Source of the DNA: a virus
Taxonomy: Duplodnaviria > Caudoviricetes
Virus record (IMG/VR): IMGVR_UViG_2894097338_000001
Span: 32,001 to 96,000 of that record
Strand: one strand, 5' to 3'
DNA: 64,000 nucleotides
Position numbers and translations under genes: made by a program. The notes beneath the pieces were generated by a model. It had not been told where the DNA came from. It worked only from the letters and a program-made list of their open reading frames with translations, and did not search any database. The first letter of the stretch is position 1. Every line of letters starts with the position of its first letter. Below, piece after piece: positions 19,141 through 30,757 of this stretch.

Positions 19141-19863
19141 TTAGTTTCTTTTGTGTAGATAGTTTTCGAATGCATGTTCTAAGAAGCATGAATCTTCACA
19201 GAACTTTTCATTGTCATCTGATTCTAGGTATTCATAACTCTCATAAATACTTTGACCACAATGTTCGCAAACACCTACTCGATTTTCTCTAATCTCTACA
19301 GGCTCGATGTTCCATAGAGCGTTTTTAAGAGCTTGTTCGTTATCGAATGGCATAGTTATCCTCCAGTTAAGTTTAAAAGCTCCCTGGTGAGTGCTGCTCT
19401 TTCTTCGTCTGAGTTGCACTCTTTTATTTCCTTCTTAACCCTTGCTACCTCTTTATTAAATGAATCAACCAACTTGCCAATGAAGTTGGATAGATTTCTA
19501 TTAGCCTCCATACAGGTCACTGACCTTTTTCTTAGGCCTTTTAGCTTTCTGGCTGCTAGTCAATTTGCTGCATTCACCATATTTTTCAGATAAAACCCAG
19601 TATTTTGAGTCCAGGTTAGCATATTGACTAACAACTGTTTTATCTTTGATAGGCGCTGTAGTTTCTTTGATTGTCCCGTCAATAGAAACTGAAATATAAT
19701 CCGTTGCCTTATAAGTTGTCTTGTCTACAACTCTTATTACAGCGAGGTCGTTTTTGTCTGGAAAGAATCCAACAACTTGCGCCCCTTTATTCTCCTCTAG
19801 TAACTTAGCTCTGAGATTTTTGATAATTGTCTTTTGATCAATTAACTCCCAATTCTCTGCCAA
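19141..19863 (-). CDS. Small hypothetical ORFs (19501-19863; 19141-19353 Cys-rich)
   Basis: ORF track, RBSs and CxxC motifs. Confidence 0.5.
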
Positions 19864-19880
19864 AATATCACTCCTTGCTT

Positions 19881-21221
19881 TTAGCTTTCGTAAGAAACGT
19901 CATCGACTGTTTTATCCATTCGAATACGCTGAACTGTCGGGAATCGCAATCCTTTCCCACCATCATCATTAGTAGTTTCACCTTGATATTGAATCTCAAT
20001 GATTTTTCCAATGATTAACTCTGGCTGCGACCAGAAGTCAATTCGTTGTTTGTCAGTCCATCCACTGCCGATATCGACCGTGAAGTCTTTAAATCTACAA
20101 ACAACTCCTCCCATCAATCCCTCGTTCTTCTTACCTTTTTCACCTTCGTATACATCGATTACTTCGATATCTGCATACTTAAACTTTTTAACTTTAAGCA
20201 ATCCTGCAGATCTTTTGGTTACATATTTAGCACTCGCCATATTTACCATTAGACCTTCCCAGCCACCTGGAATAGCAATACTATTAAGTAATTCTTCTAC
20301 CTTCTCAACATCACCGCCCTCATATACTTTTTCAACCAGTTGAACTGATAGATCGTCTGGGTATGTAAGTTCTTCACACCAATGTCTACGATCTTCATAA
20401 ACATCTTCCGACTCGTCGTTTTTAAACTCGTCTGCAGGAATAATTTCGAATGCATGGAGGGATACCCCAGATTTTAAACCTTTCTTCTTAAGTTCTTTAC
20501 CAGTTGCCTGGAACCACTCAGTTTCGTCCATATCTTTACGATCAGTTAAAAGAGCCTCCCCATCAATCACAATTCCATTTTTAAATCGCTCCATAGTATC
20601 AAGCTTGTTTACATTAACGAAGTTTAAGATGTTAGTCTCTAACTCATCAAAACCTTCAAGCTTCTTGCCTTTTCTTGTATAAAAAGAGACTTTGAACTTA
20701 TTCATGTTTACAATTGCAACCATGCGATGACCATCAAGTTTTCTTGTTAAAAAGAACTTCTTACCTTTTAATTTTGCTGCATGTTTTTCATATGGATGAG
20801 CTAACATTACACCAAAGACTGGAATGAATTTTTTATCAAAAGCCTTGTTGATCGTGCTAGATGTAACACCGCATTTGTATGTTTTTGTAAAGAACGCTTT
20901 TAGGAACGTTTGAGTTTCTTCTCCGAAGCTGCTAATAAAGTGTTTTAAATTAACAACCACCTGCTCTCTACCAGTATTGTTATCCATTACATATTTCATT
21001 GCTTCACGAATGTTTGCTAAGTCGATATTAGGTTTAAGATCTGATTCCTTGTCGAACTTCTTAATTGCAATACCAGTTGTAATCATATCGTTGTATAAAA
21101 AGTACAACATTTGACCAAATAGTTTATTGTCTTTGTTCTCGCGAATTAAATTCTCTTTTTCGATCTTTCCTTTTGCTGCTTCCACCTGTTTGAATGTTTC
21201 GATAGCTTCTTTAAATTGCAT
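19881..21221 (-). CDS. ATP-dependent DNA ligase
   Basis: RKLDGHR adenylation motif, IDGE, EGLMV, LLKVKKF and LRFP. Probable start is MQFKEA. Confidence 0.93.
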   Translation of the reverse strand: MQFKEAIETFKQVEAAKGKIEKENLIRENKDNKLFGQMLYFLYNDMITTGIAIKKFDKESDLKPNIDLANIREAMKYVMDNNTGREQVVVNLKHFISSFGEETQTFLKAFFTKTYKCGVTSSTINKAFDKKFIPVFGVMLAHPYEKHAAKLKGKKFFLTRKLDGHRMVAIVNMNKFKVSFYTRKGKKLEGFDELETNILNFVNVNKLDTMERFKNGIVIDGEALLTDRKDMDETEWFQATGKELKKKGLKSGVSLHAFEIIPADEFKNDESEDVYEDRRHWCEELTYPDDLSVQLVEKVYEGGDVEKVEELLNSIAIPGGWEGLMVNMASAKYVTKRSAGLLKVKKFKYADIEVIDVYEGEKGKKNEGLMGGVVCRFKDFTVDIGSGWTDKQRIDFWSQPELIIGKIIEIQYQGETTNDDGGKGLRFPTVQRIRMDKTVDDVSYES

Positions 21222-22188
21222 GTTTGTTTTCCTCCAATGCTTGATATAATTCTTCTGCCTGTTCAATTTCACAACCAAGTTTTACTTTAATAGTGTAAGG
21301 ACTGAATAGAACTCCAACGTTAATATATTCGCTTCGCACGTCTGTCATTGCCTTGTATTGTTCCTCTGTATACCATGTATCTCTGAATCTAATGTCTAAA
21401 TCTACCATTTCTTTCTCCCATTCTTATTAAACAAACCTCCAAAAGACGTCTGTCTGTTAACTTTTACTACTTCCTCATCGGCGTCATCTACTCTGATTTC
21501 ACCCATCATTTTTTCAATATCTTCGTCCGACATACCTCCACTAACAATGCCTACGTCTGATACTGGTACTAATACAATCTCCTTCTTACGTTCGTGTAGA
21601 CCATTCATGCATACTGTTACCCTGGAGAATGACTCTGCTGCTTCTTTTGCAGAAACTCCAGCTCCAGCTGCCCAGGTAAAATCCTTAGACGATCTATCCT
21701 CTGATTTCTCTCTCATATAAGTCCTCCTGTTGTATAAACTTATGGTTCATAGTTAAAAACTCTCTCGATGACACCTAATAATACGTCCAGGTCATCTGTT
21801 TGTAGATATCTGATATCATACTCAACCTCTCCGTTAACGTGAGTGAATGTAAGTATAGAGTATTGATATTCTGAATTGGGTGTCTCTACAGCATTAACAC
21901 CCCATCCGTTCTTAAATTCAATGTGGCATATGTCTTTATTGCCTTTCACTTTAGATCACCACCGCTAGTTATTTCACCATCTACGGCCTGTATTGTAAGT
22001 CTTAGTGGTGATTCTGAATAAAATCCTTCGCTTATCTCTCTGCGAACAATCTTGATCCAAACACCTTCGTCCACTTTAGATGGAACAGCTCCAATTTTTG
22101 ATAGGTAACTTTCAGCATCTTTGACATCCTCTGCTGTATAAATCTCCTTTATGATATGCTTTGACTTAGCTATAACTGCGCATTTCAT
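21211..22188 (-). CDS. Four small hypothetical ORFs (21211-21408, 21402-21716, 21740-21949, 21946-22188)
   Basis: Closely packed ORFs with overlapping stops and starts. Confidence 0.55.
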
Positions 22189-22194
22189 GTTAAA

Positions 22195-22653
22195 TCACAA
22201 GCTAAAAATGTGGATGGTCAGATTAGCTTTTAAAGCTTCTACTTCAATTATACGTTTAACGATCTTCCAATCTCCGCCAGCAAGGCCACAACCAATTAAG
22301 TGAGGCATTCCAATCTTCTTATTGTTGAGACCAGATTTATTAATGTCTCTAAAAATCTTCTTTAAACTATTCATAAACGCTGAGTAATCTGTTTGCTTTC
22401 CTCTTCCATAGTTATATTGTCCATATAAATTATAAATGACCTGGCTGCTTCTTGTTTCGCACTTGCTAAACTCACCCAGTCTTTTAGGTGATCCGATTGG
22501 AATATGAAACTTCCTATCTGCCACAAGTACCTCTGGGTATCTAGCTTTAAGTTGTGCAGCAATTCCAGCTCCCATCTTAGCGAAACAGTTGGCCTGGTGA
22601 ATCATAATGTCGCAATCTTGATATAGCAAGTTGCCTTGTTTTTCAATAATCAT
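22195..22653 (-). CDS. Macrodomain protein (ADP-ribose binding/hydrolase, Poa1p/DarG-like)
   Basis: HQANCFAKMGAGIA and IGCGLAGGDW motifs. Start MIIIEKQG with an AAGGAG RBS. Confidence 0.88.
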   Translation of the reverse strand: MIIEKQGNLLYQDCDIMIHQANCFAKMGAGIAAQLKARYPEVLVADRKFHIPIGSPKRLGEFSKCETRSSQVIYNLYGQYNYGRGKQTDYSAFMNSLKKIFRDINKSGLNNKKIGMPHLIGCGLAGGDWKIVKRIIEVEALKANLTIHIFSL

Positions 22654-22690
22654 TATTTGATCTCCTTTATTTGTTTTTCTTGATATATCT

Positions 22691-22730
22691 AATATACTAC
22701 TTAACAATTTAGTTGTCAATACTTATGGTA
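22691..22730 (-). promoter_or_regulatory. SigA promoter with the 19-bp element at -35
   Basis: TACCATAAGTA-TTGACA-17-TATATT. Confidence 0.75.
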
Positions 22731-22776
22731 AATAAAATGTGTGTTTTATCCATTAAAATAAAAAGAAGATCTAGCA

Positions 22777-23241
22777 CTATGCCAGGTCTTCTTCTGATTG
22801 CTCTACTATTTGTTGTAATCGATCTTGAATTATTGCCTCTATAGCATCCTCTAATTGTAATACTTCAATTAAAGACAGTTCTAATTCAGCAATATATTCT
22901 GGAGAAAGTTTACCTTTCTTTTCTCCAAGCGCGCTTCTGTTTACACAATTTAGTTGCTCCATTTTTAATATCGATTCTTTGTCCAAGTATGACTCCGTGT
23001 CTGGAAGAATAACATCTGTGCTAATTGTGTTCTTTCTTACATTACTGCCATTGTACAAAGATGTAATTGGCGCAGCTATTACTGTTTTTCTTGGAAATGT
23101 ACAGTCATAAAGGACGACTCCCCTATGAACACCCTGCATTACAAAGCCGCCTTTTCCTTGAGGAAAATCGATCATAAAAACGTCGCCTTTCTTAAAGTTG
23201 CGCATGTCATTATTTTCTTCTTCTGTATATCTATTGGCCAA
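22777..23241 (-). CDS. PemK/MazF family toxin (copy 1)
   Basis: KKGDVFMIDF, HRGVV, IAAPITS and ESILKMEQL. Confidence 0.85.
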   Translation of the reverse strand: MANRYTEEENNDMRNFKKGDVFMIDFPQGKGGFVMQGVHRGVVLYDCTFPRKTVIAAPITSLYNGSNVRKNTISTDVILPDTESYLDKESILKMEQLNCVNRSALGEKKGKLSPEYIAELELSLIEVLQLEDAIEAIIQDRLQQIVEQSEEDLA

Positions 23242-23244
23242 GTA

Positions 23245-23448
23245 TTAACCCTCCACACTCCAAGATTCTAAAGATTGCTTTCTATGAAGTCTAGCCAATG
23301 ATTCCTTGGCAGCTTCCTTGTCGGTTGGATTTCCAGAGTATAAAGCGCTGTAATTTACACCGTTTCTATCACTTCTGCTCTTCAAGGCTTTAGCGTAAAC
23401 ATCCGCTTTTCTATTAACTGATGGTTTTAGTTGAATTACTTTACCCAT
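23245..23448 (-). CDS. Small basic protein, candidate antitoxin
   Basis: 67 aa directly upstream of mazF, under a TTGATT-17-TATAAT promoter (23510-23482). Confidence 0.5.
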   Translation of the reverse strand: MGKVIQLKPSVNRKADVYAKALKSRSDRNGVNYSALYSGNPTDKEAAKESLARLHRKQSLESWSVEG

Positions 23449-23521
23449 ATTAACCCCTCCTTCGTCCTATCTTATAGTGTAATTATAAACCTTTTTACGT
23501 GTTTAATCAAGAAGACGAGTT

Positions 23522-25021
23522 TTACATTGAGTTATAATTATCAAAGACTCGACCGATTGAGTATATTGCAAGTATTGAGAAGATAGCAGCGATTATTATT
23601 CTTCCAATCTCAAATGAGATAATAAAACTAAAACCGATAGATCCAACTGCTACACCTACCACAAACGCAGAGAACATGAAAATAGATGCAATCATAAGTA
23701 GTATCCCATTAAATACAAAACGCGTTGCCATTTTTAACTTTTTCAAATTGTGATCCAACCGCCGTTCCTCATGAATAGTTTTCTAAAATACTGTTTTACT
23801 TTTTCCATCGGTATCCCTCCATTTCATTTATTCTCACTGACAGATCGGTGCCTAAGTATGATTTAACTGCTTCAATCATCTTGATGTAGCTACCTCCATT
23901 GAACTTACCTCTAAAGCAATCAACGTTAAGAATATTCATATTAACTACAGGTGAGTTCTGCAGGTATTTGAATATAATAATCGGATTGGCTGCATTGTGA
24001 ACCTGGATAACAACACGTTCGCCCTCTAGTCGGCAATCAAAACCATTAAAGGTTTGATTCCTTTTGCCTTCTTTATTTTCAAACTCACATGCCGTAATGT
24101 TTTCAATCTCACTCTTTAGAATCTTGTAAGGATACTGAGATCGCTCCTCGAAGTGATACTTAGCAGCTATCTTATTCTCTAGTTTTTGGTAAGCTTTAAC
24201 AACACTGTCTCCAGATGCCTCATACAGCAAGTTACGATTAATATTTAAAAACTTGACAGTAAACTTTTCGTTAATTACAGCACAGCCTCGCTTTGTTTGA
24301 ATGTGTTCTTCTTCAATAGTTCCATCGTGCTTCTCAAGAACCTTTTTGGTCATAGAGCCGATACGCTCAGATAACACAATACTCATTTATATCATTCTCC
24401 TTTGATGTCAATACTTATGGTTTAACGTGCGCTTACTATCTTCAACCAGTCGAACTACTCTATTCTTCCACTCTTCCAGATCTCCAACTAACTCACTATA
24501 GACCAGGTTGAAGTTATCCATGTCCTGGTTTGAAGAAATAGGATTTTGTAAAAGATTACCGATTCCATTGAATCTTCTGGCTAATAAATCCTTTTGATCA
24601 AATAACGCAGCTCTTCTCGCAGCAATTTCGATATCTTCTTGATCTAAAAGTTTTTGAAATGCCAAACTACTAAAGTATCCAGAATCCTCAACTTTTTCTA
24701 CGCTACCAACATTATACTCCTTCATCAGTTGATTGAAATCCACCATTTCCATACCTCTTTCCTAATCTAATCCTTGTCTTATCCTGCTTAACACCCATGA
24801 TAACAGCCTGCATACCCATTAGGTATCTTCCGCCAGTGTAAAATCTCTTGTAATATGGCTCCCAAAACTCTTTTTCAATCTGATTTCTAAGTCCTGGACA
24901 GTCACAGTGATACTTTGTACTGGTAAAAGTTGTATCTAACATAAGAACTTCTTGCCTAAAATCATTTGCTGGTAGCTTTTCATTAATGAGAATCTTAACT
25001 AGAAATCTAGTTCTTTTCATA
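23522..25021 (-). CDS. Hypothetical ORFs (23522-23758 membrane; 23796-24386; 24408-24752; 24712-25020)
   Basis: ORF track and RBSs. Confidence 0.55.
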
Positions 25022-25672
25022 TTGTTTAACCTCTTTAGTAAATCTATATGCGATTTCACTATAGTCGGACTCAGACAATCTTGGATCTGCAGGAGTATCA
25101 AACCATTCACTTAAAGCTTTCAATCCAGCTCTTCCACATTTAAGGTGATTTGATCGAATCGATTTTAGCTTTTCAACTTCCTTGCAGATTAACTCCTCTT
25201 TTAACTCATCAATAGAGACTTCTTCAATTAAATCATTAATTTGTTCTTTTTCAGTTTTGTCTACGACACTCAATTCTAGGGTGCGATCATCCTCTTGTAA
25301 GTCTTCCTCTTTAACAAATACGCCATTAACCACTTTGCCTTTACGTTTTGCAATGACATTGTATGCAGCATTTAAGCAATCTAATGCATCCATTCCACTT
25401 TGTTGAGCAAGGATGATCAATGTAACGATTGAGTCACCAATCCCATCCATCAACTCTTCTTGGTCTCCTCGCGCTAATGCTGCGGCAACCTCACCAACTT
25501 CTTCAACAACTTTTAACATTTGCTTTGATGGATCATTCCTGTCGATGCCGCGGACTTTAGCCCATTCTTCAACCCTACCAAACAAGTCATTTTCTCGTGT
25601 ATTAATTTCTGTCCCATTCATTAATAAGCCTTCGTTACTTGTTTTTACATACCCTGTTGTAATTTCGATCAT
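25007..25672 (-). CDS. MazG-like NTP pyrophosphohydrolase with C-terminal extension
   Basis: KVVEEVGEVA, DGIGD and RKGKVVNGVFVKEED. Confidence 0.85.
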   Translation of the reverse strand: MIEITTGYVKTSNEGLLMNGTEINTRENDLFGRVEEWAKVRGIDRNDPSKQMLKVVEEVGEVAAALARGDQEELMDGIGDSIVTLIILAQQSGMDALDCLNAAYNVIAKRKGKVVNGVFVKEEDLQEDDRTLELSVVDKTEKEQINDLIEEVSIDELKEELICKEVEKLKSIRSNHLKCGRAGLKALSEWFDTPADPRLSESDYSEIAYRFTKEVKQYEKN

Positions 25673-28600
25673 TTAATTATCTCTCCCTCTCCAAATTGTT
25701 TTACATAATTTTTAAACTCTTTTTTGTATTGATTAATTTGATCTGTTGTAGCTGGAATATAGTTTAGAATGCTATATTCTTCACTTATGAAACTTACACG
25801 AATAAGGCTCGATCTTCTCATAAATCTAACTTTTCTATGGTTGCTTTCAACAATTTTACCGTCTAAAACTTTAGTCTTTTGATTGACTCCGACCACTTTT
25901 CCAATGCCCAATCCAGATACATAAATATAATCATTGATTTCCAGACTCTCTTGAGTCCACGTTACCGTTGTTACTGACTTCATTGTTTACTCTCCTCCAT
26001 TTCTACCTTTTCAAACTTGTCAAAATCATCTTTTAAAATGTCGCGTGCTTGTTTTTCAGTCTTTTTTAGAGAGCCGTTTTTAGAACCTAGCACGTAACAA
26101 TAATTTTCATTGTCGGAGAATTTAAAACTTGTTAGATATCTTTCTTCTTCGAACCAAGCTGAATGTTCATTCTTCTTACGCCAGTAGTATTTCTTATTGT
26201 TCTCTGACTCAAACTTATATCCATTAAAAACCGCAAATGTAATATCGCTCCAATCGCGATCATTTTGAGCTATTGGCATACCAAACTTACCGCTTATTTT
26301 TGACAGTTCGGCTAGTTTAGAGATATAGTTGTACTTTTTTAACTTAAGCATTAATTCATCTGGAATAGATTCATTCATCCATATTGTTTTATTCTTATCA
26401 TCAATTCTCATCTTAGCTCCTCCAATACTGTAACCGTTGCAGAGTATTGGATTGCTCCATCATACTCGTTGATATGTCTCTCAAATGTTATATGCCCCTT
26501 ATCCAGCATTTGCTGTGATAAGTCGATTGCCATTTGAGTTTTAATTGCATTAATGTGTGTTTCGGTTAATGGATGTCTACCTACCTTATATAACCCTCTT
26601 AGTTCGAAAATATTCTTCATTGTCGGATATTTAATTGGCTCAGAAATCGGTTTTAAGGGCTCTTCTACATGGGGGGTATACCCCGTTTTCTCATTTATAT
26701 ATTTTGCAAACTTATGTCTTAATTTCATTATTTAGTCTCCTCCTAATATCGCGGCCTAATACTGTCGCATACTGACTGAATATACTCTCTATCCTCAGAA
26801 AACAATTCTACAATTTCATCGCTCCACTTAGAAACATCAGATCCATACTCTTCCTTAAACACTGCTATGTTTTGGAAAGTAGAATACTCTTCAAATGTAT
26901 TTTCACATATTGGACACAGTATACTGTCTTCTTTTGAAAATGAGCTGCACCTTCTAGCACACAACCTTTGTTTTTCAATATCATCTAGCATCTTTAAACT
27001 GTCTTCGCAGAATGATCTGAACTCCTCTATGTCCATTCCAATTCCTCTAGATATTCTACCCTGTTTAATTGATACAACAATGCTGTTATGCAGAGAAGAT
27101 CCAGCTACGATACGACCGCCATCACTTCTCTCTATTAAAACTTCATGTTTAACATGACCATTTTTTAACACCTTTTTCATAAAAATAATCCTCCATTCGA
27201 TAAAGTGGACTAAATCCACTATTCTACTTCGTTAGCCTCCAGTTTTCTAAACATATGAAAGTCTTCAACTAAGATGTTTAATGCCTCAGACTCTGTTATG
27301 TATGCAGCATCCTTCATGTCTTCTACCGTATCCGCAAAGTAGTTTTTCTCTGATGTTTGTGGATCATCTAAAAGAAAAACTGGTTGAATACAATTCTCTA
27401 ATGATAAAGCCCAGTAATACTTATCTTCTTCTATCTCATATCCGTTTACCCAGGCGCTGACTGCAATAAGGAATCTCCGATCATCTTCTTCTTGGCTGTC
27501 ATTGCTAAACAACCATCTTTGAACTGCTTTTGGCATAGGCTCATTGTCATTCCATGCAAATACTAGATTAAGATCGCATCCAGCTTCTTTTGTCTCTTTG
27601 ATATAATCTGCCATAAACCTTGGTATTAAAACTTTATTTCTTTCCATATTTATCACTCAACCTCTTCTAAACCTGTTTAGTTTTTAATTTATCGCCACAC
27701 ATTGGACAATACTTAATTGTTCCGCTGCAGCTAAATGAGCTATCTACTGAGTATGCATCGTAGCTAATCTTTAGTCTGTTCATACGAACGAATACTTTAA
27801 GTCTTGACGAAAAATATTCTCCGTCTTCAAACTCAACCACTTCAATCGCCTCTTCATTTTCACAGAATCCACACATAGACTTGCCCTCCTTCTGTCATTG
27901 ATGCCTCTTTATAAAAGACGCATTTTATTAACCGATTATTTAAACTTTTTGTAACTTCGTTTTAAATCTTTTTTACGCACAATCTGCTCTATACCATCGG
28001 AATTACGAAATACCCTACCTCCAGTTTTTTGATAAATCTCACCAGTCCACATTACTACATCCCCAGTTTCAAATAAGTGAAAGCAAAATGGCTCTCCTTC
28101 TACAATCTCATATCTTCTATCCATATATTTCTTCTTTTGACGTTTATTCATTTTTTTCACCATCATCTTTCTCTGGCACATTGTATCTTTTCGCCTCACC
28201 AGTGTGCAGGTCTATATACCCAATTTCTAGATAGGTAGAATCATTGCCTCTCAAACAATAGCGTGCAGTTTTTTCTAAGATGCCACTTTCTGATGGCGAT
28301 GTTTCTATAATAGACTCAATCCCACTGACGCATTCAGTGTCAAATAAGAGCCATAATTTAAGATGTGTATCTTCTACTGGAGCTGTTATGCAAGTGATAT
28401 CAGATATTTTAATATTTCTTGTTTTGTCTGCACTGCTAAGCATTTCATACCTCTTTCTACTGCTTCTTATAAGCAGCCTTTAATTTACTTCCTCTTGTAA
28501 ACATAATTTGTGTATACATGACAACCATTGGTTTCTTGTATTTCATTCTTATAGCCATGCCAACTGAAATCCAGTCACTTCCTGTATATTTCATTAACTT

Positions 28601-29322
28601 CCTCTTGGCAGCCAATCTGATGTAGTAATAATATATCTGTAGTGGGATTGCTATAATCCATAAGATAGACCAGACTAAAGTGTCGATTACAAGTCCCTGC
28701 TCGTAGATCGCATAGCCACAAATTCCAACGAATATTGTAATAGCAATGAATACATATAAAGCTGCGTATGTTAACATGATTCCTCCAGTGAAGCCTCTAA
28801 TTCTAGAAGCTCTTCTTCTTTTTTATTTTTATATTTGTTTTTGGTTCGTTTATGGAAATAGGCTTCCTGTTCCTCAGTAGCAACTTTGAATGCTCCTTGA
28901 CCAGTGGTTAGAGACATATCATCTAATCTAAATGAGTAAGTTCTTCCATTGCCTTTTCTCTTCCAGTTTACATATTCAAGAGTTATGCCAAATTGTCCTA
29001 CATCTATAACCATTGCTAGCCATGATTCATCCCTTCCAAAGAAGTCGTTCTTCATAAACCAGATTGACCCAACTTCAATGTGCTCTCCCCATTTGTTCAT
29101 TCCATATGGTAAAACCTTCCAGCTATCGTTAAATTCTTCGTATGTTATATCAGATGTTTTAACTCTAGTTCCATCTTTACACCTAAGATTGACTCTGACC
29201 TCCTTGTGAGATCCGTTATCTCCTTTTGATGAAGTAACCATCGTTCCAGTTTCGCCTGTCTTCACATTTAAGGCTTCTCTACTTCTATACATTGATACAT
29301 ATTTTACAGCCATTAATTTCAC
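25669..29322 (-). CDS. Array of small hypothetical genes, including DUF1642-like 27219-27656 and 25980-26411
   Basis: Densely packed ORFs. IPRFMADYI...AWVNGYEIEE is typical of DUF1642-like phage proteins. Confidence 0.55.
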
Positions 29323-29345
29323 TTCCTTTAAATCGATTCTAAGAT

Positions 29346-30008
29346 CTATTTGTGAATGATTACCCCTTTAGGTTTTGAACTTGCACCAGAATCTCCCTCT
29401 GACGACTTGCTATTTTTTACGAATTTACTTCTCAGCCATTTCCAAAAAGTATCGGTTTCTTTTAAGCGATTGTTTTCTTTTTCTAACTTTTCTAACTTAC
29501 TTTTTAATTCTGCAATATCCTTGTTCTTATATCGAACACTTGTGTCAAGACTTTTGTTCTCTCTAATAAACGATTGTCGTTGAAGTTTAAGGTGAGTAAC
29601 TGTATTTTTAAGTTCACCATTTTTAACAACCAGTAAACTATTAGCTTTATGAGCATTTAATAAGCTGGACTGAGTTACACCCAGGAACTCGATTGATCCA
29701 AGCTCGCTATTCACTGTAAAACCAGCAACTGGAACATCTAATACCTGTGCTAACAGTAATTCAATATTATCTACATAAACTTCTGTTTCTAATCTTGATT
29801 TAGAACTGCCTTTTAATGATCCCTTTTTAACATCGTTATATGTAACGACTTCAATATTTAACCCCATCATTTCAGCCTGTTCATAGATAAACTTTTGCTG
29901 TTGATGATCTGATACTAATATTGGCACGCCTCTTAAGGCTGCCTCTTTAATTACTCTTGTTGTCTTTCCTTCTGCTCTGCCACTTGTAAAAATTTTTAAC
30001 ATTCCCAT
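29346..30008 (-). CDS. P-loop-like domain fused to a coiled coil
   Basis: SGRAEGKTT and VYVDN motifs, heptad-rich C-terminus. Confidence 0.55.
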   Translation of the reverse strand: MGMLKIFTSGRAEGKTTRVIKEAALRGVPILVSDHQQQKFIYEQAEMMGLNIEVVTYNDVKKGSLKGSSKSRLETEVYVDNIELLLAQVLDVPVAGFTVNSELGSIEFLGVTQSSLLNAHKANSLLVVKNGELKNTVTHLKLQRQSFIRENKSLDTSVRYKNKDIAELKSKLEKLEKENNRLKETDTFWKWLRSKFVKNSKSSEGDSGASSKPKGVIIHK

Positions 30009-30028
30009 TCCTCCTAAGTTGTAAAAAA

Positions 30029-30355
30029 TTATGCTACATTAGAAAATGCTGTCATGCCATCGTCCGTTAATACGTACCACGCTACTTTTCTTCCAGTCGA
30101 ATTGTCTTTAACTTTGCCGCTAACTGCCACAAGTCCCGCTTTAACCAATTCATTCAAACGTGGATGAACTTGATTTCTCTCTGGTGTAGCGACCTTTCCT
30201 TCAAAATGTAGGTGAGCTGCTAATTGTTTAGCAGTTACACCATTTTGAAATTCGGTTTGCATTGTTTGAATAACTAACTTTTGACGTGTTTGAATCGCTC
30301 CAGTTTTCTCCATTAAAAACGAATTATTTCTAGTTGCAATCGTTGTTGAACTCAT
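30029..30355 (-). CDS. Winged-helix DNA-binding protein
   Basis: GVTAKQLA...PRLNELVKAGLV...TGRKVAWY. Confidence 0.7.
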   Translation of the reverse strand: MSSTTIATRNNSFLMEKTGAIQTRQKLVIQTMQTEFQNGVTAKQLAAHLHFEGKVATPERNQVHPRLNELVKAGLVAVSGKVKDNSTGRKVAWYVLTDDGMTAFSNVA

Positions 30356-30368
30356 TTCTCTTTTCCTC

Positions 30369-30713
30369 CTATTTAACCTGTTCCAAGTGAATTGATTCTA
30401 ATGCACCAGTCTCATCATTAACCTCAAAGCTTGTCGCACCATAAATCTCATCGTTATAGTCCATATCAAGTTCGATTAATAAGACTGTAGGATTCTCCTT
30501 GTCTAATGCAGCTGCTACAATTCTGTTATCCGTCTCAAGTAATTGTCTACCAACCTTTTGAACCTCGTGATAGTATTTTAGAACCTTTTCTGGAATTTCC
30601 TCTCCAACCTCTTTGTAGCTGGTGAACTTTTCGTCCAGTAAGGCGACTGTTTCATGTAAAACCTCGTCGTTTAAAATTTTTGATTGTAAAACCTTTTTGA
30701 TCTCTGTATTCAT
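30369..30713 (-). CDS. Hypothetical protein
   Basis: AAGGAG RBS, preceded by a 19-bp repeat copy. Confidence 0.6.
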   Translation of the reverse strand: MNTEIKKVLQSKILNDEVLHETVALLDEKFTSYKEVGEEIPEKVLKYYHEVQKVGRQLLETDNRIVAAALDKENPTVLLIELDMDYNDEIYGATSFEVNDETGALESIHLEQVK

Positions 30714-30757
30714 AATATACTCTCCTTTATATAAGTTGTCAATACTTATGGTTAATT

